A stretch of DNA of 59,460 bases, from positions 45,017,130-45,076,589 of the forward strand of contig NC_068986.1 of assembly GCF_001194135.2 (NCBI RefSeq), in the 5' to 3' direction. The position numbers and the translations under genes are program-made. Source of the DNA: Octopus bimaculoides. Taxonomy: Eukaryota. This document shows, in pieces, positions 10,054 through 21,476 of this stretch. Numbering within the stretch: position 1 is the stretch's first letter; the number at the start of each line of letters is the position of its first letter. The notes under the pieces were generated by a model that was not told where the DNA came from, ran no database searches, and was given only the letters and a program-made list of their open reading frames with translations.

Positions 10054-12699
10054 CAAAGTGAGCTTTTAAATCACTTAGAAAAAAAAAACTGAAAAAAAAG
10101 AAAAAAAGGAAGTCGATGTACACTGTAGGTTAGCAAGCCTAAGGTACTGAATATTCTGGTGCGACTCCAGTTATTAGTAAACGGAAAGCAATTTCGTTGA
10201 AAACAAAATAGGAAACAATTTAAAGCAACAAAAATCTCTAGTCTGAATATGATGTTTCGGTTTTGTGTCTCATTCGACAGACACCCGTCTCCAATTTCTT
10301 GTATCCTCTCTCAGTATTTTAATTCATTGGTGAATTTAGTAAACAGTAAATAGGTTTAATACTAAATTAACAAGTGTTTATAAACATTACCAGTGTTTAT
10401 AAACATTACCGAATAAAATGACACAGAATGCAAACAGGTAGTATATCTATAATAAACAACTAATGATTACAGTAAATGTATTTCTTGAAGCTTTACTTTA
10501 TTTTACGTTTATGTGGGACCAGTGTTGTTTCAAGGTATGATTAAGCACATTGAGGGGTTGACCGGGAACCTCACGAATCTAGCGACCCAACGCTAATCTA
10601 TGCAGTGGTTTGCTGTCAATAAATATTATTGGCTCCAGTGCATTGTTTTGCCCGCGAGCGTATAATACTTCTAAAAAAGCCTTGTATGGGACCCTTGAAT
10701 ATATTCTCCTAACCCTTTTCTAAAAATGCATCCCTTTGCTTTCAAGTCAACGAAAGAACTTGTACGCAGTTGCTTGAACTGTTAAAAATAGCTGCCAAAT
10801 TCCCAGGAACACATTTAGATAATGTAACTCGAGGTGTTGTATGCATGAAGATAAGATGGGACGGTTATAATTTAAATGCCTCTGATCACAGGTCTGTCCT
10901 GAACAGCAAGCTTGTTCACTAAACAGACATCTGTATGCCAATGCTTATCAACATTACGAAAACTTCTCGTACAGGGTTACATTTCCATTACTTATAAACA
11001 CACACATACACAAGTATATTTTTATATCATTCACTAATCATACAAGCGCGCGTATGCATCCACACATACACATAACCATATTATGCACTTTCTGTGCTCT
11101 ACTGGTTCATAAACATGCATATGGCACATACGTTGTGGAGTAAGTAACACGTCCAAGTCACGACCGAAATGTTGCGACTATTAATTTTACGACGTTATTT
11201 TCTTTTTCTTTATATTCTTATATCAAGTTGGTACGTGTGAAATACATTCACACGTGTGTACGTGCATGTGTATTTATATCTGGGCTATGTAGTGAATTAG
11301 AAATGCATATGCGTGTGTGTGTGCGTGCGTACCAGCTATTTATACACATACAATCGTTTGGCCGTGGACCCAAAGTTCACCATGTCTTAGACCATATAGA
11401 AGTTACAACATCGAGTTTTTGTGTAAAATAAAATTATATTATAAGTTTAATAAACAAGAAACATGGCACTAGAATTGTTTTTACTTCTATAATATTTTAA
11501 CCATTATTAAATGACAGTGATAGAGAATGAATACTTTTTCTCTATAAATATTCGCTCATATTAAATCTTTAAAAAAAAAATACATGCAAGCTACTTCTGT
11601 GTTGTGGGCTGGTGTAGTTAGTAGTACTGATACTACTAAGCAGCATAAGTGAGTCATAGCCGTGTGTGTGTGTGTGAGTGTCTGCCTCACCCATAGCTCC
11701 AATAAGTCCGTGAAATACTGTTTCTGGACAAGATTAAAGTGTTTACAATACTAATACAACGGATAGTAATAATAAAACTTTTAACATTAACACCTTACGC
11801 TGCTGCTTTCACAAGAGTCTGTTGAATTGAAATATTTCCCCTATGCACTTAATAACGAGCATTAGATTTTCTATTAAAACTTTTCAGCTTAATTAATAAT
11901 CATCATTTAGTCCTTATGTATCGGACCCTGAACCCAAACAGACTAAGGGGAGCAAATAACTAACACATCCGAACTAAGATTGTATTTCAATGCTTAGGAA
12001 AATACTCTTATATTGAAATTTGACAATAAGTCCTTAAACTATTATAAAAATATTAGAAACCATATTTTTCTCTTCCTATTTGTTCTTGACTTAATATTTC
12101 TTATTAATTCTGATACTCATGTACTGTGTTCAGGTTCAGGTCAGGTCTTCATTTACCAAATGTTTATTCGCTTCGTAGTCTATCACCACTATGACTATTA
12201 TAGCAACAACATCCTCGCTGTGGTCGCTCGATTTGACAGCAATAGCAGCCAAATTTCATACCCTATTGTTTGTTTGCAAATCGGAAGATTGCAATGAATA
12301 ATTTAGACTTAGATACATTATATTGTAGTAGAAAAAAAAGACAGACAGAGAGGGAGAAAGCGAGATAGATAGATAGAGACAGAGAGAGAGAAAGAATAGT
12401 TATGGTTAAAATACCTTTAATCATAGGAGTACTCAATCAGGGCTTACCTGGGCCTAAATAACGCTACATTATACCACAACAGCAACGAGCCAACAACGCA
12501 GCCTCTACATGGTTACTCAGTCTGTTAGAAATAACAGCTAAATTGCCTTACTGTTTTAAAGAAACTGATTTTCAAGACTACATTGGATAACGTAGTAGTG
12601 GATACACGTTGCATAAATAAAAGACGAGATGTCATGGTTGAAATGCTTTTTTATGATCATAGGTGTACTTTTGATTAGGGTTGACCTGCTATATGAACA

Positions 12700-12790
12700 A
12701 GGGAGTGAGCCTCTATGCACTTGCGTAGCTTGTTAGAAATAGCAGCGACCAAATTTCCCTCAAATCACACCCTTGCGTTTTAAGAAAAGC
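12700..12790 (+). repeat. Old dispersed repeat family D (representative copy)
   Basis: Core CTAGAAATAGCAGCCAAATCTCCCTCAAATCACACC-like motif recurs in either orientation near 1055, 2135, 10770, 12510, 14800, 22110, 30020, 31695, 32740, 39815, 58075 and 58990; element class not determined. Confidence 0.7.
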
Positions 12791-14089
12791 ATTATGTAGT
12801 TCTTGATATACTACATCTGAAATAAAGATGGAATGGTCACTCTTGGAATGACTTTAATCATAGCTCAAAAACAAATATAATAACAATGTTCTGTGAAAAT
12901 GGTTGGCTGGAACACCAATTAATTTCAGATAGAATAACCGAATGCCATTCAGAATTTATTTTTCGGACATTATTTCTGTCCTTCCCTCCTCATTCGTTCT
13001 TTCTTCTCTCCATCCATTCACTAAGCGCTCGGTATCCATGTCAGACTATTGTATTGATAATGTATTATATTTGTTTAATGCCAGACGTTAATGTTAACTA
13101 GCTGATTTGAAGTTACCACTATTTGTATTTAACTAGCTCGGCTGTTCACAAAAGCTTCAAATTAAGTTCTCTTGTTTTGTAAACATTCGCTTGCTTTCAC
13201 CACATTACAATTGCGATGTAACTGCTGAAAAAAAAATACTACTCACAAAACACCACAGACACACGTACACATATGAACTATTAAATATAAGTAATTAATA
13301 GATGACCCAACAAAGGAGCCTCTACGTTAGATATAGGGAGACCCTTGTCCGCGGGAAAAACTTTTCCTGCATTTAAATTCGAAATTGTTCGCAGGCAAAG
13401 TTCTATCTATCTGCCTGTCTGTTTAAGCCGTAAGAACAGTTTAATGTTACATGCCCATGGATTAGTAAAATTAAAGATTCATTAATTCTTCTAGCATAGC
13501 TGCACTCCTTTCCAACTTCTTATGCACTTGTAGTTCGTAGAGCAGGGGTGTGCTGTACTGGTCTCACGACCTGTTTGAAAAAGCATTCATATCTTCATCA
13601 AATCACTACCGTCTTAAAAATGGAAGGTTATATTGGACAATGCAGTCTCAGATATACAGGATGATCACGGCTGGAATGCTTATGCTTTCCGTCATAAGTG
13701 TGCTCAATCATGATAGATCCGGGACTAAACAACAACTAATAAATATACTGGCAAAATGTATACTCGTTTATAGTTTCATAACAGACCCGAGTAACTGATT
13801 ACGATCGTCAATGGGCATCATTTCTTTCACCTCACCCGCAAACGATTTTTACAAGAGCATGAACATCACAGCATCTTGTCTCTTTCCCACTCAATGTATA
13901 AGGTTATATAAAATTATATGGATACCAGTTTTTGATACGTGCTAATGAATAAGCGGTAAATTCCCAGCGACCGAGTTTCGATTCTTGGTTGAAGACAACT
14001 TCACTTCCCCTAAAACATTATCACTAGTTGGAAATACTACGATTCTCCCGTTTCCCCTTCCCTGTTTTGTGTCATGTGAAGATGGTAAT

Positions 14090-14145
14090 AATGATGATGA
14101 TGATGATGATGATTATGATGGTAGTGATGGCGACGACGATGATGA
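14090..14145. repeat. (GAT)n trinucleotide repeat
   Basis: Directly visible. Confidence 0.9.
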
Positions 14146-15068
14146 ATACCAAAAGAGTGAAGTCCAAAAGAGAGTGAGATTTCCCCTACAAAGACATGTC
14201 ACCTGATGGACTTTGGGAACCATTCTGGATCTACAGACTTTAGGGGATAGTAAGGATGAATTCGGTACCGAATGATGAGATCTGGAACAGCGTATTCCTT
14301 ATCTTCGTTATTGCTTAAGTTTATAAGCAGGGCATCATAAATTTTGTTGTTTATCAAAGTCTGGGCAGATGAGTTCATTGACTCGTCTCTATTTTTTCTC
14401 TTTCTCTTTTTATATACATATTCTAATAAAAAAAATACCAAGACCCGAAAATGAAAGCAAAAAAAAAAAAACAACAAAAAAACTTATTACCCATAAGTAG
14501 AAGGCATCGAACTATTTTTATGAATGGGAAAATAGTCAAAGGGAGGATCTCAGGGGAATTAGCAAATATTGTTGCCATGAATATGGTAGAAACGAATGTT
14601 AAGGTGGTTTTCGGGGTACTGTCAACAACAATAATAATACTATATACGTCTTTACCTCGAGCTCTTTTTCGTTGTTTTTCGTATGTTGTTGTTTCTGTCT
14701 ATCAGATAGACCAGACAGAGCAGACTTATGAACAAAGTCATTCTAACCGTAACCATTGGTATGTTTGTATATCAGCGAGTACATAGTTCAGACGATAAGG
14801 TGTGATCTGAGAGAAATTTTGCTACTATTTCTAGCAAGTCGAGTGAACGCGCAGAAGCTCTCCCGTTTGTTCGATTTTTGTTTTTGTTTTAGCGAGAGGG
14901 AGGAACGTAAGAACTTTTCGATATCTAAGGTCTCTCTCCCCTCTCTCAATCTAGCTATCCTTTTATCTGTTTCTATTTCTCAGTCAATCTATCTTTCCAT
15001 CGATCTATAGCCATTTAGATCTCAATTTATAACCCTATCTATCCATCGATCGATAGATCGATCCAAAC

Positions 15069-15096
15069 AACAAACCAACCAACCAACCAACCAACC

Positions 15097-15177
<81 letters not shown>

Positions 15178-15260
15178 CTATCTACCTGTCTGTCTGTCTG
15201 TCTGACTGTCTGTCCATCCTATCACCCATTCATCAGTCAGTCTGCCTGTCTGTCTGTATA
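15069..15260. repeat. Compound (AACC)n-(ATCT)n-(CTGT)n microsatellite
   Basis: Directly visible. Confidence 0.95.
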
Positions 15261-15585
15261 TCTGTCTTATAATCACAACGTGTGATATGTTGACTATGTG
15301 CCTGCCTGAGTATGCATATGGAGGGGACGGGGCGCATGTAACCTTTTTAATATATTTGGTAACATAGTGAATACACGTTGCAGATAAACCGAGACGAATA
15401 TGAGTGCTGGTTGGGCTGCCAGCTGAAGGCATGGCAGCATTACTATGTGTCCGAACCAGCTGAAAGGACAGGAGTTGGCATTCGGTTACCAGCAGTACGA
15501 TATGTCCGACGTCAAGACATAAATATTCTCAACGGCTTAGTTTGAATGGCTGCAGAGAGGTTCCATAGGGATTATAGCAGCACTA

Positions 15586-15640
15586 ACAGCGACAGTAGTA
15601 GTAGTAGTAGTAGTAGCAGCAGCAGAAGTAGTAGTAGCAA

Positions 15641-15676
<36 letters not shown>

Positions 15677-15690
15677 TAGTAGTAGTAGTC
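15586..15690. repeat. (AGT)n/(AGC)n trinucleotide repeat
   Basis: Directly visible; explains the poly-Ser ORF 15546-15836. Confidence 0.9.
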
Positions 15691-15699
15691 GTCGAGCAA

Positions 15700-15835
15700 A
15701 ATGCCTTAGCAGTATTTCGTTAAGAGTTCAAATCGCTCTGAGTTCAAATCCCGGTGAGGTTAACTTTGCATTTTATACTTCCGAGGTTGTTGAAATAAAG
15801 TACCAGTCAAATAGTGAGCTGGATTTGTATTCCTA
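15700..15835 (+). mobile_element. SINE family B fragment
   Basis: CTTAGCAGTATTTCG...CTGAGTTCAAATCCCGGTGAGGTTAACTTTGC...AAATAAAGTACCAG. Confidence 0.7.
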
Positions 15836-15904
15836 GAAATATACGTAAATGTGAAAAAAATAAGAAACGACATAAAAAAAAGAAAAGAAAAAGGGTTCAC
15901 GTGA

Positions 15905-16028
15905 GGCATAGGCACGGCTGAATGATTTCGGGTTCAGTCTCACTGTGCGGCACATTGACCACGTGTCTTCCACTATGCCCCCTAGCCTTGTTAAAGAATT
16001 TGATAGACGGAGATTTAGCAAGCACTTC

Positions 16029-16030
<2 letters not shown>
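15905..16030 (+). mobile_element. SINE family A, degenerate 5' module
   Basis: GGGTTCAGTCTCACTGTGCGGCAC...GATAGACGGAG...CG then (TA)n and a gap. Confidence 0.7.
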
Positions 16031-16074
<44 letters not shown>

Positions 16075-16459
16075 NNNNNNNNNNNNNNNNNNNNNNNNNN
16101 NNNNNNNNNNNNNNNNNNNNNNNNNNNNNNNNNNNNNNNNNNNNNNNNNNNNNNNNNNNNNNNNNNNNNNNNNNNNNNNNNNNNNNNNNNNNNNNNNNNN
16201 NNNNNNNNNNNNNNNNNNNNNNNNNNNNNNNNNNNNNNNNNNNNNNNNNNNNNNNNNNNNNNNNNNNNNNNNNNNNNNNNNNNNNNNNNNNNNNNNNNNN
16301 NNNNNNNNNNNNNNNNNNNNNNNNNNNNNNNNNNNNNNNNNNNNNNNNNNNNNNNNNNNNNNNNNNNNNNNNNNNNNNNNNNNNNNNNNNNNNNNNNNNN
16401 NNNNNNNNNNNNNNNNNNNNNNNNNNNNNNNNNNNNNNNNNNNNNNNNNATACATACAC

Positions 16460-16713
16460 AGAGACGCTGTTAGTAAGGTGACAACGAGTACAGTGAAGAA
16501 TTCCAGGTAGGGGTAGGGGTCCACCAAGGTTCAGTCCTCAGCCCCCTCCTATTTGTCATAGTCCTCCAGGCAATAACACAAGAATTCAAGACAGGATGCC
16601 CTTGGGAGCTCCTCTATGCTGATAACCTTGCTCTTATTGCTGAGTCACTATCAGAACTAGAGGAGAAGTTTCAGGTGTGGAAGCAAGGATTAGAATCGAA
16701 GGGCCTTAGAGTC
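16460..16713 (+). mobile_element. RTE-clade LINE reverse transcriptase fragment
   Basis: Frame not in the ORF track: RDAVSKV/NEYSEEFQVGVGVHQGSVLSPLLFVIVLQAITQEFKTGCPWELLYADNLALIAESLSELEEKFQVWKQGLESKGLRV. It carries the QGSxLSP motif and YADD mutated to YADN; the PWxLLYAD context is typical of RTE elements. Confidence 0.9.
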
Positions 16714-17123
16714 TTCCCTATGCCAACATTTGCCATGCAGGTAAAATTTGCAGGCCTTTGAGTGTACTCCAAATTGCTTCTCTCCTCTAGGGTTTCGGAT
16801 TCCATTGGAGCCTCCATATTTCAGTTTTCAGTTTTTTGTTTGGTGGTTTCGGGTTTCGGGTTTAGTTATTTCATTTTTGCCTTTTCCTTTTCTCCCCTTC
16901 CTTCTTTATGTTTGCGCTCGTGTTCTTTCCTTCCTTTTCTTGTGGGAGCATTTGCATTCCTCTGGTTGTCCAGTTGGGTGAGGACTCCATTCCTTTGTAC
17001 GACCACTGGCACACAAGGGTTTCTGGTTGCTGCTTCCTTGGCGTCCCAAACCATATCACCCGGTCGTTCACTAACTATTCTACTCTACCTGTGTAAACTG
17101 TGGGTATGGGGGTATGATATCTA

Positions 17124-17254
17124 TTATGTATATTTCCTATTTAGTATAGGGGAAGTTTCATTTGTGAGGACGTACTCCTGTATTTGTCTGAGTGTTGGGT
17201 CCTTTGGGTGCTTGGATAAGATGCGGATGTCAAGTTGACCCAAGTTACCTCCAA
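17124..17254 (-). mobile_element. Probable Penelope-like endonuclease C-terminus (second family)
   Basis: Minus frame GGNLGQLDIRILSKHPKDPTLRQIQEYVLTNETSPILNRKYT*; the DPxLRQIxE...PxLNRK pattern resembles the terminal Glu helix and LN motif of PLE GIY-YIG domains. Confidence 0.55.
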
Positions 17255-17313
17255 NNNNNNNNNNNNNNNNNNNNNNNNNNNNNNATATATATATATATAT
17301 ATATATATATATA

Positions 17314-18400
17314 GCTTCACGGAACTGGTAATGGAGGTCGGATTTGATCGTGAAGCTATAGAAAATAATTTCACAAGAAATTCAAGATACTATTCGATTA
17401 GTAACTCACACCGAATTAGGATAGGTGTTTCTAACACACAAAAAAATCTTTCACAAATCATAACTTCACACAATAATAAGTTGTTAAATACAAATCCACT
17501 TAATGAAAATACTAACATTAATTTTGTTAACACTAACTCTTCTTTAAATAATAATAACAGCGGGGTTATTGTTTCTGAAGTCAACTCCAATCGCATCTGT
17601 TTTCTTAGCATTAATTCTAAGACTAGAAACTCTATTTATCAATCTAAAATTACTTCCGGTTCTGACATCTTTTTTTATATAGGTAGTTCTTCATCTCGTT
17701 TGTCCAAAAGAATATCTAATCATTACTCTACATTTAGGCATATCGATAAACGTAACAATACTGGGCTTTGTAAATTAATCTGGTATCTAAAAGATCATAA
17801 TAAGCAATTTAATTTTGAATGGAATATTCTCTATATTTCTTTACCTTACGACAAAGGTAAATCTTTTTGCTCGCTTTGTAATAGCGAAATGTTTTTCATT
17901 CTTTTTTTCAAAGAATCCCCTTGTAAACACACTTATAGAACGCATATATTATTGCAAACATTGGCAGAAACATACTTTTAGTTCCTATAAGTGATTTCCA
18001 CCATTCTGTAAAATTCGACCTTTGACTGTATTATTACATTGCACGTCCACTAAATATATCTACTTCCATGCTTTTAACCTTTATTCTAATTCACCTATCG
18101 CTCTATATCTCTACACTATTAGTTTTCTGCAAATTTCTTTCTGTCTCTTTCTATAAACTACCTTTGATGTTATATTTACTAACAGTTTTAAAAAAATAAT
18201 AACTTGCTAGCGTTCCCTTCATCATAAACGCAGTCATCACATTCTGTTAAAATTTCTTATTGATGTCTTAGGTTTTTTATTTTTATCCCTGATGAGTAGA
18301 TTGCATTGTTTGACACCATTTTATTCCTTCCGGAATAGTACCAAAGTTGTCTTCGAAACATGTCGGAAGTAAAAGAATTTAAATACTCCATTTATTTATT
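17314..18400 (+). mobile_element. 5'-truncated Penelope-like element: linker, GIY-YIG endonuclease and 3' UTR with hammerhead
   Basis: ORF contains NLSQIITSHNNKLL (PLE linker), SIYQSKITSGSDIFFYIGSSSSRLSKRISNHYSTFRH, TGLCKLIWYLKD, EWNIL and CSLCNSE. The conserved tail YYCKHWQKHTFSSYK* continues in the +1 frame (stop 17992-17994). A hammerhead lies about 290 bp downstream. Confidence 0.9.
18281..18374 (+). ncRNA. Type I minimal hammerhead ribozyme (PLE-associated)
   Basis: CTGATGA 18289-18295; helix II 18296-18354 closed by G-C; GAAA 18355-18358; palindromic helix III ACATGT 18358-18363; GUC with predicted cleavage after 18364; helix I TTTTATCC pairs with GGA(AG)TAAAA. Confidence 0.85.
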
Positions 18401-19107
18401 TATCTCTATTATAGAAAACATTTCACCTAAACCTGGAGTTTCTACCTTTATAAATAGGCTGTAACATCCTTGTTACTTGTGTGTATTTTTGCTACCCTGG
18501 TAACTGTTTATTTATGTTTTCCGTGTTATTTGAAAACACTGAAAAAACGCACATACATTCATATTTATATATATGTATATATATGTACATATANNNNNNN
18601 NNNNNNNNNNNNNNNNNNNNNNNNNNNNNNNNNNNNNNNNNNNNNNNNNNNNNNNNNNNNNNNNNNNNNNNNNNNNNNNNNNNNNNNNNNNNNNNNNNNN
18701 NNNNNNNNNNNNNNNNNNNNNNNNNNNNNNNNNNNNNNNNNNNNNNNNNNNNNNNNNNNNNNNNNNNNNNNNNNNNNNNNNNNNNNNNNNNNNNNNNNNN
18801 NNNNNNNNNNNNNNNNNNNNNNNNNNNNNNNNNNNNNNNNNNNNNNNNNNNNNNNNNNNNNNNNNNNNNNNNNNNNNNNNNNNNNNNNNNNNNNNNNNNN
18901 NNNNNNNNNNNNNNNNNNNNNNNNNNNNNNNNNNNNACACACACACACACACACACAGATATATATCAAAGAATACAAAAAAAAAGAATAGGACAAGAAT
19001 GCAACAGGCAATAACGTAACATTCAGACAGGTGGATGATACAAAAAGGGACATGAAAAAACAAGGACGAGTCATTCGGAGTTTTCTTTCGTCAGTCGAGT
19101 TCCAGAT

Positions 19108-19781
19108 TATCTTTGCACCTTCGTCTGGTGATACTCGAGGCTGCTCCAATCTGGTCAGTCTCAAGGAAAATCTAAGCTAAGAGCACTAGATTCCTTGGCA
19201 GAAAGCAGCGAATATATACGAAAACAAGGACAGTAAAAAATACAGAGAAATGGTACTCAAATACAAATATGAACAACAGGACATTAACAACAAGTGTCTT
19301 TCGACTAAGGAGAAATTAAATTAAGCTGGCATTTGTGGAAGTGAAGCCTTACGGCAGGACATGAGATGTTAATGTCCTGTTCTCCATATTTGTAATTGTG
19401 TACCACTTCTCCGTTTTTTCTGTCCTTGTTTTCGTATACATTCGCTGCTCCCTTCCAAGGAATCTAGTACGCTTAGCAATGGCACATAAATACAAATGTA
19501 AACAACAGGACATTAACGACATCTTATGTCCCTACTATAAGACTTCACTTCCACACACGCCATCTTAATTCAATTCCTCCTTAGTCGAAAGACACTTGTT
19601 GTTAATGTCCTGTTGTTTATATTTGTATTTGTGTACCATTTCTCTGTATTTTATTCTGTCCTTGTTTTCGTATACATTTTCTGCTTACTTCCAAGGAATC
19701 CAGTGCTCTTAGCTTAGATTTTCCTTGGGGCTGGCCAGACTGGAGCAGTCTCGAGTATAACCAACCGAAACTGCAAAGATA
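19108..19781. repeat. Nested palindromic (fold-back) element
   Basis: The left arm from 19108 is the reverse complement of the right arm ending at 19781, and 19176-19477 is itself a hairpin unit. Confidence 0.9.
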
Positions 19782-19871
19782 TATAAATCTAGACACATAC
19801 CCACACACAAACACACACACACCAAAACCTTGTGAGTGGATTTGGTAGACGGAAACTGAAAGCCTGTCGTA

Positions 19872-19902
<31 letters not shown>

Positions 19903-19909
19903 GTATATA

Positions 19910-20050
19910 ACTGGTACTTTATTTATCGACCCCGAAAGGATGAAAGGCAAAATCGACCTCGGCGGAACTTGAACTCAGAACGTAGCGGCAGACGAAATAG
20001 CGCTAAGCATTTCGCTCGGCGTGCTAACGATTCTGCCAGCTCGCCGCCTT
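19910..20050 (-). mobile_element. SINE family B
   Basis: Reverse complement starts AAGGCGGCGAGCTGGCAGAATCGTTAGCACGCCGAGCGAAATGCTTAGCGCTATTTCG and includes the B-box-like GAGTTCAAGTTCC. Confidence 0.9.
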
Positions 20051-20096
20051 TGCCAGCGTGTGTATATATAGGTGTGTGTGTGTGTATGTGTGTGTG

Positions 20097-20132
<36 letters not shown>

Positions 20133-21200
20133 CTTACGTCTCGAATGGTTTAGAAATTCACGTCGAAATCTCGAGGTCCTGGATTAATTTCCCTCTTTGT
20201 GGCATCTTCAGTAAATGCCTTTTACCTTAGCCACGATTTTTATCAAATGTGAATGAAATTGGTTACACAGAAAGTGTGTGGAAGCCCATCGGACGACTGT
20301 ACCAGCAATTTAAAGGTCCAACCTGGTCACAATGTGTCTCATTGATTCCACTTGCGAGTATCGTTAACGGTACGCGTGTTTGTGGAGAGGCCAGTGAGCA
20401 AGGAAGCCAGTTGATCGAACACCTAAATACTCATAGTTGAAACCGAAGGGAACCTATGTTACACATATATTTTTATATTCCATATTGAAACTCAGAAATA
20501 TGTCACCGACTGGTTTAACTGAATTCCTTTCTTTCTATTCCTTCGGCTCTTTAGTTCAGTGATAACACTTTTATCCTTCAGTTTCCCTCTCATGCCAGTT
20601 TTTTTTTTTACCTCCATCTCACCTCACGTCTCCTCCTCCTCCTCCTTTCATTTCTCTTTCCTTCTGTCTCTCTCGCTAGGTTTCACTTTCTTAGTATTTC
20701 CTACCTACACATGTAGCTCACAGCATCTTCCGTTCTTCAGGATATAAAATTCAGCTGTGTTTCTTTTATTTCCCTCTCATCAGCTTTACTCAGAAGACAT
20801 TATCCGAAACGTCGGATATTTCTTTGCCCTCGGCAATTTCACCGTGTTCTTTTTATTAATTTTAATATATTTGACTCTTATCTATGCATTTCAGCTAAAG
20901 TAATTATTGTTTCTTGGTGTGAGGAAGATGAGGCTTTCTTAAATGTCGTCTCCTATATTGAAAATTGCAAGTTTACTTTTAAAGCTATAGTACTTATTTT
21001 AAAATTAGTGGGCCTTAAAACTGGTCAGGTATTTATTTTCTTTCCTTTTAGTATCTCTATTTGTACCTTGAGTATGTGTATATATGTATATATGCATAGC
21101 GACCTCCTTTTCATCTCTCCGTTCAGCTGTATGTTGTCTTTTTAAGAGTGTCAAAGGGCATTCAGGTTTGTTCATGTAACAGAAAAAAAGAACACCCATA

Positions 21201-21253
<53 letters not shown>

Positions 21254-21476
21254 ATATATATATATGTATATATATGATGGACTCTCCTATCGGTTTCAAC
21301 GTATGAGGATGCGACNNNNNNNNNNNNNNNNNNNNNNNNNNNNNNNNNNNNNNNNNNNNNNNNNNNNNNNNNNNNNNNNNNNNNNNNNNNNNNNNNNNNN
21401 NNNNNNNNNNNNNNNNNNNNNNNNNNNNNNNNNNNNNNNNNNNNNNNNNNNNNNNNNNNNNNNNNNNNNNNNNNNN

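Noticed and set aside
11691-11723. 33-nt symmetric micro-exon candidate (xTVFHGLIGAMx, minus strand)
   Set aside because: Moderate signals next to a CA tract; expected by chance at this window size.
14188-14370. Protein-like minus frame TLINNKIYDALL...DPEWFPKSI
   Set aside because: No recognisable homology, a weak donor (GTGACA) and several competing acceptors.
14451-14786. 111-aa ORF starting in poly-A
   Set aside because: No domain recognised and the 3' part overlaps low-complexity sequence.
16780-16835. Hammerhead-like reading downstream of the minus-strand PLE fragment
   Set aside because: The core reads CTGAAATAT, with no NUH triplet or helix I.
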